Shown: positions 18,471 to 30,002, counted from the stretch's first letter. The stretch is DNA of 64,000 nt from Thermoplasmata archaeon (GCA_038729465.1 JAVYRZ010000006.1:1697-65696); one strand, 5' to 3'. The notes: generated by a model not told the origin, from the sequence alone. Translations and numbers: made by a program.

Positions 18471-21400
18471 ATGAGTCTATGTAAAATGATATCTAATGAA
18501 ATGAAAAATTATTTTGAAAATTTAGAAAAAAAAGTGGAAGAATGTTATAAACTGGCAGATAAAGCTAGGGCTCTGGGAAAAGATCCTGAATTGAAGGTAG
18601 AAATACCTCTGGCAGAAGACATGGCCAGCAGGGTAGAGCAGATCATTGAAATTTCTATTTCCAAATATATTAGAGAGTTACTGTCCCAAAAAATAGATAG
18701 AGAAACAGTTGCAATAATGGTTGCTAAAAAAGTAGCAGAACAATACAAAAATAACAGAGAGTATGCTATTAACAAAGCCGTGAGAACCGGATTAGCGATT
18801 TTGACAGAGGGAATTTTAGTAGCACCACTGGAGGGGATCACAGACATAAAAATAGGGCGTAATGAAGATAATTCAGAATATTTATCTATTTATTTTTCAG
18901 GGCCAATAAGAAGTGCTGGTGGTACGGCCCAGGCAATGAGTGTATTAATAGCAGATATTGTCAGAAAAGAGTTTGGTATAAGTGCATATAATGCAACTTT
19001 AGAAGAGATCGAACGATATAAAGAAGAGATTCAGTTATATTCTCATGAAGAACATTTACAGTATGTACCAACTTCAGAAGAAATTGAAACGGTTGTAAAA
19101 AATTGTAAAGTGTGCATTGATGGAGAAGGTACCATTGAGAGAGAGATAAGCGGATACCGAAATCTGCCAAGAGTTCAGACAAATAGAATAAGAGGGGGTA
19201 TGTGTTTAGTGCTGGCAGAGGGAATAGTGTTAAAATCTAGAAAAATTAAAGGAATAGTAGATAAGCTAAAGATTGACGGTTGGGATTTTCTGGAAAAAAT
19301 AATTAAAAAGGGAGATGATAAAGTCAACGTTGAACCATCTGAAAAGTTCATAGAAGATGTAGTTGGTGGGAGACCTGTGTTTTCACACCCCAGTGCTGTG
19401 GGTGGGTTCAGGCTAAGATATGGTAGGAGTAGAACTGGAGGGTTGGCTACAATAGAAATTAATCCTGCAACTATGGTTGTTCTAGATGACTTTATAGCAA
19501 TAGGTACACAACTTAAACTAGAAAGACCAGGGAAAGCGGGCGGAGTGACAATTTGCGATTCTATTGAGGGACCGATCGTGCTTTTGAAAAATGGGGACCT
19601 GATTCAGATCAATACTGTATCAGATGCTAAAAAGTACAAAGATCAAATTGCGAGAATAATTGATGTGGGAGAGATATTGATAGGGGTGGGCGAATTTTTA
19701 GAAAATAATCATCCGATTATTCCATCGAGCTTTAATGAAGACTGGTGGAAGGAAGAGATTATTAACAAGGGTATATCATATACTAATAATATAGACTTTG
19801 ATTATATATGGGAATTAGCTGTTAAAGAACAGGTACCTTTACATCCCAAATATACATTATTCTGGCACGATGTACAGGTTTCAGACATATCATTCTTAAG
19901 AGATTATCTCATTGAAAACTCAACGTTTAAGAATAATACACTATTTATAAAAAAAGACGATAAAATAAAGAATATATTAATAGAACTATGCGCACTGCAT
20001 AAAGAAACAGATCATTATGAGATTTCAGAATTAGGGAAAGCACTTATATACAGTTTAGGATTAGAGATAAGAAACTCTAAAATATATAAAGTAAGAGATA
20101 GTGTAGCTAAGGACTCTATGAGCTATATAAATGAACTTGCTTCAGTAAAAATATATCCACGAGCTTTATCAAGAATTGGTGCTAGAATGGGCAGGCCTGA
20201 AAAAGCTGCAGAACGTAAGATGGACCCACCAGTTCATGCACTTTTTCCAATAGGGGATACACCTCATCATAAAAGGTCCATAAAAAATGCTGCTGAAAGC
20301 AATGAAAATAACGGAGAAGTTGAGATCAAGATCGGGATTAGAAAATGCCCGAAATGTAATAATTATACCACTTCAGCAGTTTGTCAGAAATGCATGGTGT
20401 TAACTGAATTTATTAGGCCAGAAACTAAAAAATTGCAAATTGACGAAATATGGGAAAATGCTAAAAATAATCTGGGCTTAGATGAGACACCAGAAGTAAA
20501 AGGTGTAAAAGGGCTGATCTCTAAAGAGTTTTTATCAGAAAATTTAGAAAAGGGAATATTGAGAGCGATTCATAATGTTTTTGTATATAAGGATGGAACA
20601 ATCAGATTTGATATGAGCGATCTCGCCATGACTCACTTTAAGCCGGTGGAAATAGGGCTAACGTTATCTAAAGCATATGAACTCGGTTATTCAAAAGATT
20701 ACACTGGAAAGGATCTGGTAAATGAGAATCAAATATGCAATTTAAAGGTGCAAGATCTGGTAATATCCAGATCTGGCGGAGAATATATCAAAAAAGTAGG
20801 AGATTTTATAGATGACCTTTTAGTTAAATATTACAGGCTACCTGCGTTTTATAATTTTAAAGATTTAAATGATGTGATTGGGACACTTGTAATGGGGTTA
20901 TCTCCACATACTTCTGGAGCTGTGCTGGCCAGGATTATAGGATTTACAGATGCACATGTTTGTTTTGCACATCCTTTTTTTCATGCTGCCAAGAGAAGAA
21001 ACTGCGATGGAGACGAAGATTCTATTCTATTACTTTTGGATGGACTGATAAATTTTTCCAGGCATTTTTTACCATCAACACGCGGGGCTTTGATGGATGC
21101 ACCATTATTGCTTTCTACAAGAATCGATCCCACAGAGATTGATAAAGAAGCTTTAAATGTAGAGATCATGGATCATTATCCTTTGGAATTTTATCATGCA
21201 TCTTTGGAATATAAGAATCCAAAAGAGATCTCTAAATATATAAAGACCATAAAATCTATTATTGATAATGATCCTTTTGATGGATATATGTTCAGCAATG
21301 CCACAGAAAACATAAATAATGGAGTTATAGACAGTGCATATAAGACACTCGCGAACATGCAAGAAAAAACTGATGCACAGCTGAATTTAGCAGTAAAGAT

Positions 21401-21770
21401 CCGAGCTGTAGACGCTCAAGATGTAGCTTCAAGGGTCATAAATAGTCACTTTATCCCCGATATTATGGGAAATCTCAGAAAGTTTGGAACTCAGACATTC
21501 AGATGCAGCAAATGTAATACTATATACAGAAGAATCCCGTTAAATGGAAAATGCAAGAAATGTGGTGGAAACGTTATACTTACCACCTATAAGGGTGGCA
21601 TTGAAAAGTATTTAAAAACCACAAAGAACATAGCTGAGAATTTTGGTGTACCGCTTTACACAAAGCAGAGAATCGATTTACTTGAATCATCTATCAACTC
21701 TATCTTCTCAGAAACTGAGGAATTAAAGACAGTTAATAAAAATATAAAAAAATTGGAGGATTTTTTATGA
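18471..21770 (+). CDS. polC: DNA polymerase II (PolD) large subunit DP2
   Basis: About 1100 aa with internal and C-terminal Zn fingers (CPKCNN...CQKC; CSKCN...CKKCGG) and HPFFHAAKRRNCDGDED, the catalytic double-psi barrel region. No intein is evident. Confidence 0.9.
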   Translation: MSLCKMISNEMKNYFENLEKKVEECYKLADKARALGKDPELKVEIPLAEDMASRVEQIIEISISKYIRELLSQKIDRETVAIMVAKKVAEQYKNNREYAINKAVRTGLAILTEGILVAPLEGITDIKIGRNEDNSEYLSIYFSGPIRSAGGTAQAMSVLIADIVRKEFGISAYNATLEEIERYKEEIQLYSHEEHLQYVPTSEEIETVVKNCKVCIDGEGTIEREISGYRNLPRVQTNRIRGGMCLVLAEGIVLKSRKIKGIVDKLKIDGWDFLEKIIKKGDDKVNVEPSEKFIEDVVGGRPVFSHPSAVGGFRLRYGRSRTGGLATIEINPATMVVLDDFIAIGTQLKLERPGKAGGVTICDSIEGPIVLLKNGDLIQINTVSDAKKYKDQIARIIDVGEILIGVGEFLENNHPIIPSSFNEDWWKEEIINKGISYTNNIDFDYIWELAVKEQVPLHPKYTLFWHDVQVSDISFLRDYLIENSTFKNNTLFIKKDDKIKNILIELCALHKETDHYEISELGKALIYSLGLEIRNSKIYKVRDSVAKDSMSYINELASVKIYPRALSRIGARMGRPEKAAERKMDPPVHALFPIGDTPHHKRSIKNAAESNENNGEVEIKIGIRKCPKCNNYTTSAVCQKCMVLTEFIRPETKKLQIDEIWENAKNNLGLDETPEVKGVKGLISKEFLSENLEKGILRAIHNVFVYKDGTIRFDMSDLAMTHFKPVEIGLTLSKAYELGYSKDYTGKDLVNENQICNLKVQDLVISRSGGEYIKKVGDFIDDLLVKYYRLPAFYNFKDLNDVIGTLVMGLSPHTSGAVLARIIGFTDAHVCFAHPFFHAAKRRNCDGDEDSILLLLDGLINFSRHFLPSTRGALMDAPLLLSTRIDPTEIDKEALNVEIMDHYPLEFYHASLEYKNPKEISKYIKTIKSIIDNDPFDGYMFSNATENINNGVIDSAYKTLANMQEKTDAQLNLAVKIRAVDAQDVASRVINSHFIPDIMGNLRKFGTQTFRCSKCNTIYRRIPLNGKCKKCGGNVILTTYKGGIEKYLKTTKNIAENFGVPLYTKQRIDLLESSINSIFSETEELKTVNKNIKKLEDFL

Positions 21771-22534
21771 TTGCAAATCTATTTGTAGTGGGACCTGCAG
21801 GATCTGGAAAAACCACCTTAACAGGTGCCTTTAGAGACTGGATGCGAGATCAAAATTACGAAGCGATAATAATCAATCTAGATCCGGGTGTTGAGACGTT
21901 GCCATATACACCTGATGTGGATATTAGAGAATGGATCTCATTAGATTCCATCATGGCAGAATATAACCTTGGCCCGAACGGTGCGCAGGTTTTAGCAGCA
22001 GATTTCATAGTGAATAACCTCGATAATATAAACAACGAGATATACAATTTTGATACTGATTACGCGATTTTCGACACGCCTGGGCAACTGGAACTGTTTG
22101 CATTCAGAACTTCCAGTGAATATACTTTTAATACACTAAGCGAGAACAAAGGAATGCTGGCATTTATGATAGATCCGATATTAGCGTCTACTCCTTCAGG
22201 TTTGATATCACAGCTTTTGCTGGCTAATACTGTATTTTTCAGATTTCAATCTCCGTATATGAACATCCTTACCAAATCTGATTTAATAAGCAATGAAACG
22301 CTCGATCAAATTATAAAATGGAGCGAAAATTCTGACGAGCTTTATGAAGCATTGATGAATGAAAAAGTAAAATTTAACTCTATGCTGAACCTTGAAATTT
22401 TTAAGGCTTTGGAGAGCTTGAAAGTATTCAGAAACATAACTGTTACATCATCAAAAGATAGTACTGGTTTCGAAGAAATATATAATCAGATCCAGCAAAT
22501 TTATTATGGCGGCGAAGATATCGAAAAGCGTTAA
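21767..22534 (+). CDS. GPN-loop GTPase
   Basis: GPAGSGKTT P-loop, LGPNGA GPN motif and DTPGQLE. ATGA overlap with polC. Confidence 0.85.
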   Translation: MIANLFVVGPAGSGKTTLTGAFRDWMRDQNYEAIIINLDPGVETLPYTPDVDIREWISLDSIMAEYNLGPNGAQVLAADFIVNNLDNINNEIYNFDTDYAIFDTPGQLELFAFRTSSEYTFNTLSENKGMLAFMIDPILASTPSGLISQLLLANTVFFRFQSPYMNILTKSDLISNETLDQIIKWSENSDELYEALMNEKVKFNSMLNLEIFKALESLKVFRNITVTSSKDSTGFEEIYNQIQQIYYGGEDIEKR

Positions 22535-23181
22535 TCTTCACTAAACAATTTAACAAAGATCTCTTTTCCTAGTTCTATGACTGCGTATTTTCTATCTTTT
22601 GCAGCGCCGGGGTTAACTATTACAGTATTACCATGTTTTAAAACACCTTGATTTTCGTGCAGATGTCCGGCAAGTATCAATTTGGGCGGAATTTTATCTA
22701 TTGCAGCCCTAATACCCTTATTGCCAACATGTCTTGAACGATCTTTAAAGAGCGTGTCTAAAAAGCCATATGGTGGCTGGTGCAATAACAGTACCGAATC
22801 TTGTGTAAGATTATTTAACAGGTAATCATATGCTTCCAGATCTGTGAACTCAATGCCCATGTTTATTGTCGAAATATCTGCACCACCAAATCCTACAAAT
22901 CTATATTCATTTACAAAAAATACATTCTTATGCATGTTTATGACATTGTAACAATTCATCATTTCCAGTATTTTTGGTGGATCGCAGTTTCCAGGGATCG
23001 TTAGCATGGTAGTATAATTCAACTTGAAAATGTCTGAAGCAGCTTCACTTGGTCCAAAATCTGTAATATCCCCCAAAATTGCTATCAAATCTGGATTATG
23101 TTTAGTTATCAACTCTTCTATATAAAAATAAGACACTTTGGAATGCAAATCTGCAAGTGCTAATATTTTCATCAATTTCAT
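22531..23181 (-). CDS. Calcineurin-like metallophosphoesterase
   Basis: ADLH, GDITDFG, GNCD and AGHLHE motifs. Confidence 0.8.
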   Translation of the reverse strand: MKLMKILALADLHSKVSYFYIEELITKHNPDLIAILGDITDFGPSEAASDIFKLNYTTMLTIPGNCDPPKILEMMNCYNVINMHKNVFFVNEYRFVGFGGADISTINMGIEFTDLEAYDYLLNNLTQDSVLLLHQPPYGFLDTLFKDRSRHVGNKGIRAAIDKIPPKLILAGHLHENQGVLKHGNTVIVNPGAAKDRKYAVIELGKEIFVKLFSED

Positions 23182-23205
23182 CCAATTTGAGAAATAAAAA
23201 ATAAG

Positions 23206-24420
23206 TTATGTTCCCGTTTCCCAATCTTCGTAATATCTTTTTTGCTCATCATTTAACTTATCTAAAGAGATATTAAAGTTTCTTAATGCCGCTTCAGCTA
23301 CATATTCATCTATCTCTTCAGGAACTGAATATACCTTGTTCTTTAAAGTATCACGCTTTTTAACCACATATTCGGCAGTCAACGCTTGCAGAGAAAAGCT
23401 CAGGTCCATAATCTCAACAGGATGTCCCTGGCCGGCAGCAAGATTTACGAGTCTGCCTTCACTTAGAAGATATATTTTTCTATTATCCTGAAACTCGTAC
23501 AAATCCACGCTTTTTCTAACATTGCTTTTAGAAATAGCCATCTTTTCGAGATCTCGTTTTGATATCTCTACATCAAAATGCCCGGCATTGGCAAGTATGC
23601 ATCCGTTCTTTGCAACCTTTAAATGCTCGGCCCTAACTACATCTTTCATTCCCGTAGCCGTGATAACAAAGTCTGCATTTTTAATAGCCTCTATCATGGT
23701 GGTAACATTAAAGCCATCCATATGAGCTTCCACAGCCTTGACAGAATCTATTTCAGTTACAGTGATCTTTGCTCCTAATCCTCTTAACCTGTTTGCAATG
23801 CCTCTTCCACACCATCCATAACCGGCAACAACTATATTTTTTCCTGCCAATGAGAGGTTTGTAGCGGTCATTAAGCCATCAATAGTGCTTTGTCCAGTTC
23901 CATACCTGTTATCAAACAGATGTTTCATCTTTGCATCATTTACATCAAAAATCGGAAACTTTAAAACACCTTTTTTTTCCAATGCTTTTAGTCTTACAAC
24001 ACCAGTTGTAGTTTCTTCATTTCCGCCAATCACTTTAAAGTCCTTACTTTTATGTATTAAATATGTTAAATCTCCACCATCATCAATTATTATGTCAGGC
24101 TCAAAGTCTAATACTTTATTCAGATTTTCATAATACTCTTCGTCAGATTCTCCCTTGCGAGCATAAACATCAATATTCTCTTTCAGGGCATTAACAACAA
24201 GATCATCGGAGCTGAGAGGATTGCAAGATGCTAATTTTACTTTTGCTCCTCCGTTCTTTAACGTTAGCGCAAGCACTCCAGTCTTTGCTTCTACATGTAA
24301 AGCCATACCAATCTTCAAATTTGCAAAAGGTTTCTCCTTTCTAAACCTATTTTCTATCTCGTTCAGTATGAACATATGAGATTTTGCCCAATTTAATCTT
24401 AACACACCTTCGTTTGTCAT
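23206..24420 (-). CDS. ahcY: Adenosylhomocysteinase
   Basis: DDGGD, EETTTGV and GYGWCGRGIA (NAD site) motifs. The start is set at the ATG at 24420; the track's TTG at 24480 adds 20 aa. Confidence 0.9.
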   Translation of the reverse strand: MTNEGVLRLNWAKSHMFILNEIENRFRKEKPFANLKIGMALHVEAKTGVLALTLKNGGAKVKLASCNPLSSDDLVVNALKENIDVYARKGESDEEYYENLNKVLDFEPDIIIDDGGDLTYLIHKSKDFKVIGGNEETTTGVVRLKALEKKGVLKFPIFDVNDAKMKHLFDNRYGTGQSTIDGLMTATNLSLAGKNIVVAGYGWCGRGIANRLRGLGAKITVTEIDSVKAVEAHMDGFNVTTMIEAIKNADFVITATGMKDVVRAEHLKVAKNGCILANAGHFDVEISKRDLEKMAISKSNVRKSVDLYEFQDNRKIYLLSEGRLVNLAAGQGHPVEIMDLSFSLQALTAEYVVKKRDTLKNKVYSVPEEIDEYVAEAALRNFNISLDKLNDEQKRYYEDWETGT

Positions 24421-24785
24421 AAATAATGATAATATTTCCCGCTTAATTATTTTTTCCGATTTTTTAACAGTTACGAGCAAAAACTCAATATTGTGTGTTT
24501 GATATTATATTATTGTTATCTGGCAAAAGAGTTCACCTTTAACCCTAACTTTACAAAAATTGTGTGTATGCTGGTTTTTTTACTGTATCCAATAACATGA
24601 ACGTTTATTTATGAGCTTTTTAGGTATATATATGACCAATTTTTAAGGTATTGGAAAGCTGTATATCAAAAATTCTTTTATTTTAGTGGTTCAATAATAC
24701 GTTTTATCTATATTTTTTCAATAACTTTATCCATCGCGGTCATAAGTAATCATTGCAATCAGATAGGTTTAAACTTTTAGATAAG

Positions 24786-24870
24786 CGCCGAGGGGGAGAT
24801 TTGAACTCCCGGGCCCTTACGGGCAATAGATCTCGAATCTATCGCCTTAGCCGGACTAGGCTACCTCGGC
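24786..24870 (-). tRNA. tRNA-Ser (anticodon CGA), type II with a long variable arm, no encoded CCA
   Basis: Folded by hand. Acceptor GCCGAGG/CCTCGGC. D-arm GCC..GGC. Anticodon stem ATAGA/TCTAT with loop TTCGAGA. Variable arm GCCC-GTAA-GGGC. T-arm GGGAG-TTCAAAT-CTCCC. Confidence 0.9.
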
Positions 24871-24935
24871 ATATTAGGTACGATATATCTCTGGATATAT
24901 TATATTTTTTAGTATTATAAGAAACAATATTCAAA

Positions 24936-25919
24936 TCATAATAGCATATCTATGAAACTTTCAAGCCTAATCTTAGTTCTTTCATCGAGATTTATAGGCT
25001 GATTTCCTTCAATTGTTAAGATTGGAACATCTATATTTTCTTTGAGCACCATATCAGTAATCTGACGGTGGCAGAAACTCTGCACGTAGTGGATCAACCC
25101 ATCGATTTTTCTTGTTTTTATTTCTTTTTTAATATCTCTAATCCGGTCAAAGATTGAATATGGATAGGTATATGATAGATATCGATCCATCCAATTTAAA
25201 GTAGGATATGGCATAGAAAATTGCCTTTGAACCTCGTTGAATACTACATAAGCACCATTTTTCTCTAAAAAATTGTATATATCCAGGAAAATTGGGGGAA
25301 CCCCGACATACCCCAGTCTGATACTGTGTTTTATGGGATCTCTCGCTTCACTAATCTCTATTATATTTTTAGCATTTTTAATGTAAAGGTCAAGATTGCT
25401 ATTAAAATCACTCGTTGATATCAGATAACTATGATTTTCTTCACTATGTATCTTATTTTCTCGATATGTTAATTCATCTATTTTCCATGCAAGGTTTCTT
25501 GCTTCCTCTATTTTAGGTAATACTGCATCGATATCAGAATAGGATACATTCAGAAATCTCATAAGCCTTTCAATTTCTATTTTTAATGCCTTCTCATCTT
25601 TAGGGTATGGATAAGAAAAGGGATAAGTCCTTATTTTTTTACTTTCAAGAGTTTCTAATAATGAATCAGTATTGCTGCAATCACCACGGATCACTCCTAC
25701 CACCAGATCCATCTTTTTTTCGATTGCCACCGAATAAAGGCCTTTGATCCAGCTACAAACTGTGGCAGGATATCCAGACTCTTCTGCAAACTCTATATAT
25801 TTTACAGGATTATTAGAAGAAATAAATACATTATTTAAATCATATGGCACGTTTCCCGAAGCAAACAAAGGTTCTATCGGCACTGTTGTTGTTATTCCAA
25901 TATTCATCAAAAAAGACAT
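24936..25919 (-). CDS. 2-hydroxyacyl-CoA dehydratase family (HgdB/BcrC-like) protein
   Basis: Overall resemblance to the HGD-D family, with conserved Cys in CSWIKG and SFCHRQ. No activator or partner subunit is nearby. Confidence 0.45.
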   Translation of the reverse strand: MSFLMNIGITTTVPIEPLFASGNVPYDLNNVFISSNNPVKYIEFAEESGYPATVCSWIKGLYSVAIEKKMDLVVGVIRGDCSNTDSLLETLESKKIRTYPFSYPYPKDEKALKIEIERLMRFLNVSYSDIDAVLPKIEEARNLAWKIDELTYRENKIHSEENHSYLISTSDFNSNLDLYIKNAKNIIEISEARDPIKHSIRLGYVGVPPIFLDIYNFLEKNGAYVVFNEVQRQFSMPYPTLNWMDRYLSYTYPYSIFDRIRDIKKEIKTRKIDGLIHYVQSFCHRQITDMVLKENIDVPILTIEGNQPINLDERTKIRLESFIDMLL

Positions 25920-25985
25920 AATTTATGATATTATATATAGTTTTATCACGCAAAGTTAATATTTTATAAAATAATATTAATAGTG

Positions 25986-27212
25986 ATGAACAACAAAAAA
26001 ACCATGTATGGATTTATAAATATAACCCCTATAGATGAAGCATTAAAAATAATTTATAGCTTTTCAGATCTTGTTAAACCTAGCAGCTTTGAAATTGTAA
26101 ATATTAAAGATGCTATAGAGCGCATCAATTTCGAAACTATTTTAGCAGATAAAGATTTACCGGAATTTAACAGGTCTGTAGTGGACGGCTTTGCATTGAA
26201 TTATGAATATACACTTAGTGCCAGTGCTTCAAATCCTCTCGAATTTAACCTGAATTCCAGGATAGAACAAGATAATGATGCGATTGAGATTTATACTGGA
26301 AATGAAGTTCCTGTAAATACTAATGCAGTTGTAATGGCAGAAGATGTGGAGATTGATGATAAAAAAATCAAAGTATTAAAACCGTTGCGTAAATTTGAAA
26401 ATATATCTCTTAAAGGAGAGGATTTCAAAAAAGGGGATGTAATACTGAATGCAAATAAAATAATAAAGCCCTATCATATTGCAGCATTGGCAGCGATTGG
26501 TATTCAATCTTTAAAGGTATATTCGAAACTTAAGGTGGGAGTGCTAGTAACAGGCACTGAATTAACTGGCAAAGAACCTAAAGTTCGAAACTCTACCGGA
26601 CCATTTATTTTAAGTTTATTATACAAACAATATATAGAATGTTTAGATTTAGGAATAGTAGAAGATGATCTGGAATTAATAAAAAACAGGATCTGGGAAT
26701 CATTAGGAACAGTGGATATTTTGATTACTACGGGGGGCACAAGTTTAGGCAGAAAAGATTTTGTGCCTGAAGCTCTGGATTCTTTAGGGAAAGTATATTT
26801 TAACGGCGTTAATTCGAGGCCTGGCAAAACTGCAGGTTTTGCAGTAGTAGCTGATAAACCTGTGTTTTTAGTTTCTGGTTTTCCGGTCGCTGCAATGGTA
26901 TCTTTTGATGTTTTTATCTGGCCGTTCATAAAGAAAGTACTTAGAATAGATGACTATACTCCATCTATTATTAACGGCTACATGACAAGAAAAGTAGCCA
27001 ATCCCTCAGGTGTTAGATCCTATCTGAGAGTGTATGTATATTTAAAAGATGGTACGTACAGAGTAGAGCCAATGCGCATAACAGGATCTGGAATTCTGTC
27101 ATCTCTGACAAAAGCCAATGGCATGGTTATCATACCAGAAAAAAAAGAGGGAATTGAAGAAAATGAGCTCGTAGCGGTTCAGATGTTTGATAAAGTAGGT
27201 GAAAAAATATGA
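25986..27212 (+). CDS. moeA: Molybdopterin molybdenumtransferase MoeA
   Basis: RSVVDGFA, IYTGNEVP and TTGGTSLGRKDF motifs. Confidence 0.85.
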   Translation: MNNKKTMYGFINITPIDEALKIIYSFSDLVKPSSFEIVNIKDAIERINFETILADKDLPEFNRSVVDGFALNYEYTLSASASNPLEFNLNSRIEQDNDAIEIYTGNEVPVNTNAVVMAEDVEIDDKKIKVLKPLRKFENISLKGEDFKKGDVILNANKIIKPYHIAALAAIGIQSLKVYSKLKVGVLVTGTELTGKEPKVRNSTGPFILSLLYKQYIECLDLGIVEDDLELIKNRIWESLGTVDILITTGGTSLGRKDFVPEALDSLGKVYFNGVNSRPGKTAGFAVVADKPVFLVSGFPVAAMVSFDVFIWPFIKKVLRIDDYTPSIINGYMTRKVANPSGVRSYLRVYVYLKDGTYRVEPMRITGSGILSSLTKANGMVIIPEKKEGIEENELVAVQMFDKVGEKI

Positions 27213-29158
27213 GCTTGGTATTTCATGACATGGTTTCGATAGAAGAAGCAAAGATGAAAATATTAAAATTTGCGGATATTAGGTTAGGTTCAGAGACTGT
27301 AAACATTGATGATTCTATACATCGTATACTGGCGCAGGATATAGAAAGCAACATTGACTCCCCACCATTTGATAGAGCTGAAGTGGATGGTTATGCGGTT
27401 AATTCTCAAGATGTGGAATATGCCGAAGAAGATCATCCGGTTCTTCTAAATATTGAAGGCATGGCAAAGATAGGAGAAAAAGCTTTATTGCTACATGGCA
27501 ACGGAAATTGTATAGAAATTGCCACTGGCGCTTTAGTTCCTTCTGGTGCAGACAGCATTGTAATGGTAGAATACACAAAAAAAGTTGAAGATAAAGTTGA
27601 AATATACAGGGCTACTGTTCCCGGAGAAAATATTAGTCAGGCAGGATCAGATATAATGCGAGGAGATATAGTGTTGAGGAAAAATAGTGTGATAACAGCT
27701 AGAGAGCTTGGCATCTTAGCTTCTGTAGGGCTCAGAACTATAAATGTAAAAAGACAGTTAAACATTGCAATATTATCTACTGGCAACGAGCTTGTAAAAC
27801 AGGGAACAGAGTTACAAGAAGGTGAGATTTACGACACTAACGGGTTGTTGATTAAAGCTGTTTTAGAAGAGATCCCAGGGGTTAAAGTAGATTATCTAGG
27901 AATACTTAAAGATAATTTTGATATTATCAAAGATTATATTTTGAAAGCATTAGAAAAATACGATGTTATTTTAACCTCTGGAAGCACGTCTGCCGGAGAA
28001 GGGGATGTGTTGTACAAAATATTATACGAATTTGATGATCCCGGTACGATCTTTCATGGAGTGAAGGTAAAGCCTGGAAAGCCTACTTTGTGCGCTATCC
28101 ATAAAGGTAAAATATTGATGGGTTTGCCCGGATTTCCAGTATCTGCACTGATGATTGTACACTCTATATTGATACCTACAATTTATGATATCTTAGAGAT
28201 AAGTCATGAAAGCAAAAAAACTATTAATGCAGAGCTGCCATATAAACTTAAAACCGCATTAGGGAAAACTAACTTAGTGCCTGTAAACATAATTAAATCT
28301 TCACGATACACAGCATATCCAGTCGTTGGAGACAGCGGCTCTATTTATAAGCTAAACTATGCAGATGGATATATAGAAACTCCTGATAACCGGGAATTTT
28401 TAGAAAAGGGAGAATCAGTGAAAGTAACTTTGTTTTCCCAAAATTTAGAGCCCAGTAATCTGATATTAATAGGCAGTCATGACCCAGGGGTAGATCTCTT
28501 GATTAGCTTGATACCCAGAAAACTCTCTGTCAAAATCATCAATATAGGGTCTATGGGCGGAGTAATTGCAATATCTCGTGGAGAATCGCATATATCTGGG
28601 GTGCATTTACTAGACAAAAACAGTTTAAAATATAATGAGTATTTATTAGAGAAGTACGGTTTAAGCAACTGTAATCTAATCTCTGGCTATAAAAGAATGC
28701 AAGGTATTGTGTTCAAAAAACAAAATCCTTTTAATATAAAATCTATTAAAGATCTCGTTGATCAAAGTTTAATATTTATTAACAGAAATCAAGGTTCAGG
28801 TACTAGAACTCTTATAGATTATTATCTAGAACAGATTTATGGCTCAGAATTTAAAAACATTACAAAAAACATTAGAGGATACAAAAATGAGGCAAAAACT
28901 CATTCAGCAGTAGGAGCTGCTATAGCGCAGGGCAGGGCAGATATAGGTATAGCAATAGAACATACTGCGCATCAATATGATCTAGGTTTTATTCCATTAA
29001 CGGAAGAACATTACGATTTTCTAATTTTAAAAGAGAACATAGAAAATGAATATGTTCAATTGTTTCTAGAGTCTTTAAGAAGTGAGCAGTTTAAGAAATT
29101 GCTGGAATCAAACTTTAAAGGATATAGAATAACTGATGCAGGAAAGATCATAAAATAA
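27209..29158 (+). CDS. moeA: MoeA fused to a C-terminal periplasmic-binding-protein-like (oxyanion-binding type) domain
   Basis: The N-terminal 400 aa are MoeA (RAEVDGYA, TSGSTSAGEGD). The C-terminal ~230 aa contain NRNQGSGTR and resemble a PBP-type domain. ATGA overlap with the first moeA. Confidence 0.8.
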   Translation: MSLVFHDMVSIEEAKMKILKFADIRLGSETVNIDDSIHRILAQDIESNIDSPPFDRAEVDGYAVNSQDVEYAEEDHPVLLNIEGMAKIGEKALLLHGNGNCIEIATGALVPSGADSIVMVEYTKKVEDKVEIYRATVPGENISQAGSDIMRGDIVLRKNSVITARELGILASVGLRTINVKRQLNIAILSTGNELVKQGTELQEGEIYDTNGLLIKAVLEEIPGVKVDYLGILKDNFDIIKDYILKALEKYDVILTSGSTSAGEGDVLYKILYEFDDPGTIFHGVKVKPGKPTLCAIHKGKILMGLPGFPVSALMIVHSILIPTIYDILEISHESKKTINAELPYKLKTALGKTNLVPVNIIKSSRYTAYPVVGDSGSIYKLNYADGYIETPDNREFLEKGESVKVTLFSQNLEPSNLILIGSHDPGVDLLISLIPRKLSVKIINIGSMGGVIAISRGESHISGVHLLDKNSLKYNEYLLEKYGLSNCNLISGYKRMQGIVFKKQNPFNIKSIKDLVDQSLIFINRNQGSGTRTLIDYYLEQIYGSEFKNITKNIRGYKNEAKTHSAVGAAIAQGRADIGIAIEHTAHQYDLGFIPLTEEHYDFLILKENIENEYVQLFLESLRSEQFKKLLESNFKGYRITDAGKIIK

Positions 29159-30002
29159 TGAAAATAATATATCCTATTAAAAATCCGCATAAAGCGCCAG
29201 TGTTTAAAAATGGGAGCCCAGCCTGAGGCTTTCCTTTTGTTGCCTGAAATAATAAAAATATCAAGCCAACAATACTTCCGAACAGAGCTGTTAATCCGAC
29301 AAAAATGTTTAGATATTCCATAGAAGAGATCATGAGTACTGCCGGAATTATCGCATCTCCATATCCCAGATAGAAAGCTCCTCTTTCTGTATTTTCGGAT
29401 AATTTAACATCACTTCCATATGAAAATTCTGAGTTTTTAGGTATTACAAAAAGAGCAGGTACTTTATTAGATACTACAGTTTCTGCTAGAGACACCATAT
29501 GCTTTGTTTTGTATACCGCCAAAGCATCATATATTGCAAATACTACGAGCAGTAATATGGCCGGTAAAACACCCAACGACATACCTATTATTACAGCTAC
29601 TCCAGCACCGGCTATTACGCCAACAGTATCTACAATGTACCACTCTGGCTTAACTATTACTAAAAATATTATAACTATTGGAATGATAAACGACAGATAC
29701 TCTGAAAAAGGTATATTTAAATAATACAGTATCGGCGGGATAACATATAAAAAAGCAAGGAAAATGACCAGATAGAACATGTATTTGATAATTTTGTCTA
29801 AATGCTTTCTTGCCAAAAACAAAATAAATGCAGTCACGGCGATCAGCGATACTATAAAATAGATAATTAAGAGAGGATTATTTTCCTGTCCTGGAAAAGC
29901 CTGATAACTAACAGGAAATAGAGGTAGAAGTACTATTGCAAATAGCTGAGTAATGATAAATAGTAAACTTACATTGATGAGACTAACCTCTAATTCTTTC
30001 AT
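29148..30002 (-). CDS. Presenilin/signal-peptide-peptidase-like intramembrane aspartyl protease (A22 family)
   Basis: Polytopic membrane protein with a YD motif (FAIYDALAVY), a GxGD motif (LGYGDAIIP) and a C-terminal PAL-like LPFL. Confidence 0.6.
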   Translation of the reverse strand: MKELEVSLINVSLLFIITQLFAIVLLPLFPVSYQAFPGQENNPLLIIYFIVSLIAVTAFILFLARKHLDKIIKYMFYLVIFLAFLYVIPPILYYLNIPFSEYLSFIIPIVIIFLVIVKPEWYIVDTVGVIAGAGVAVIIGMSLGVLPAILLLVVFAIYDALAVYKTKHMVSLAETVVSNKVPALFVIPKNSEFSYGSDVKLSENTERGAFYLGYGDAIIPAVLMISSMEYLNIFVGLTALFGSIVGLIFLLFQATKGKPQAGLPFLNTGALCGFLIGYIIFIIL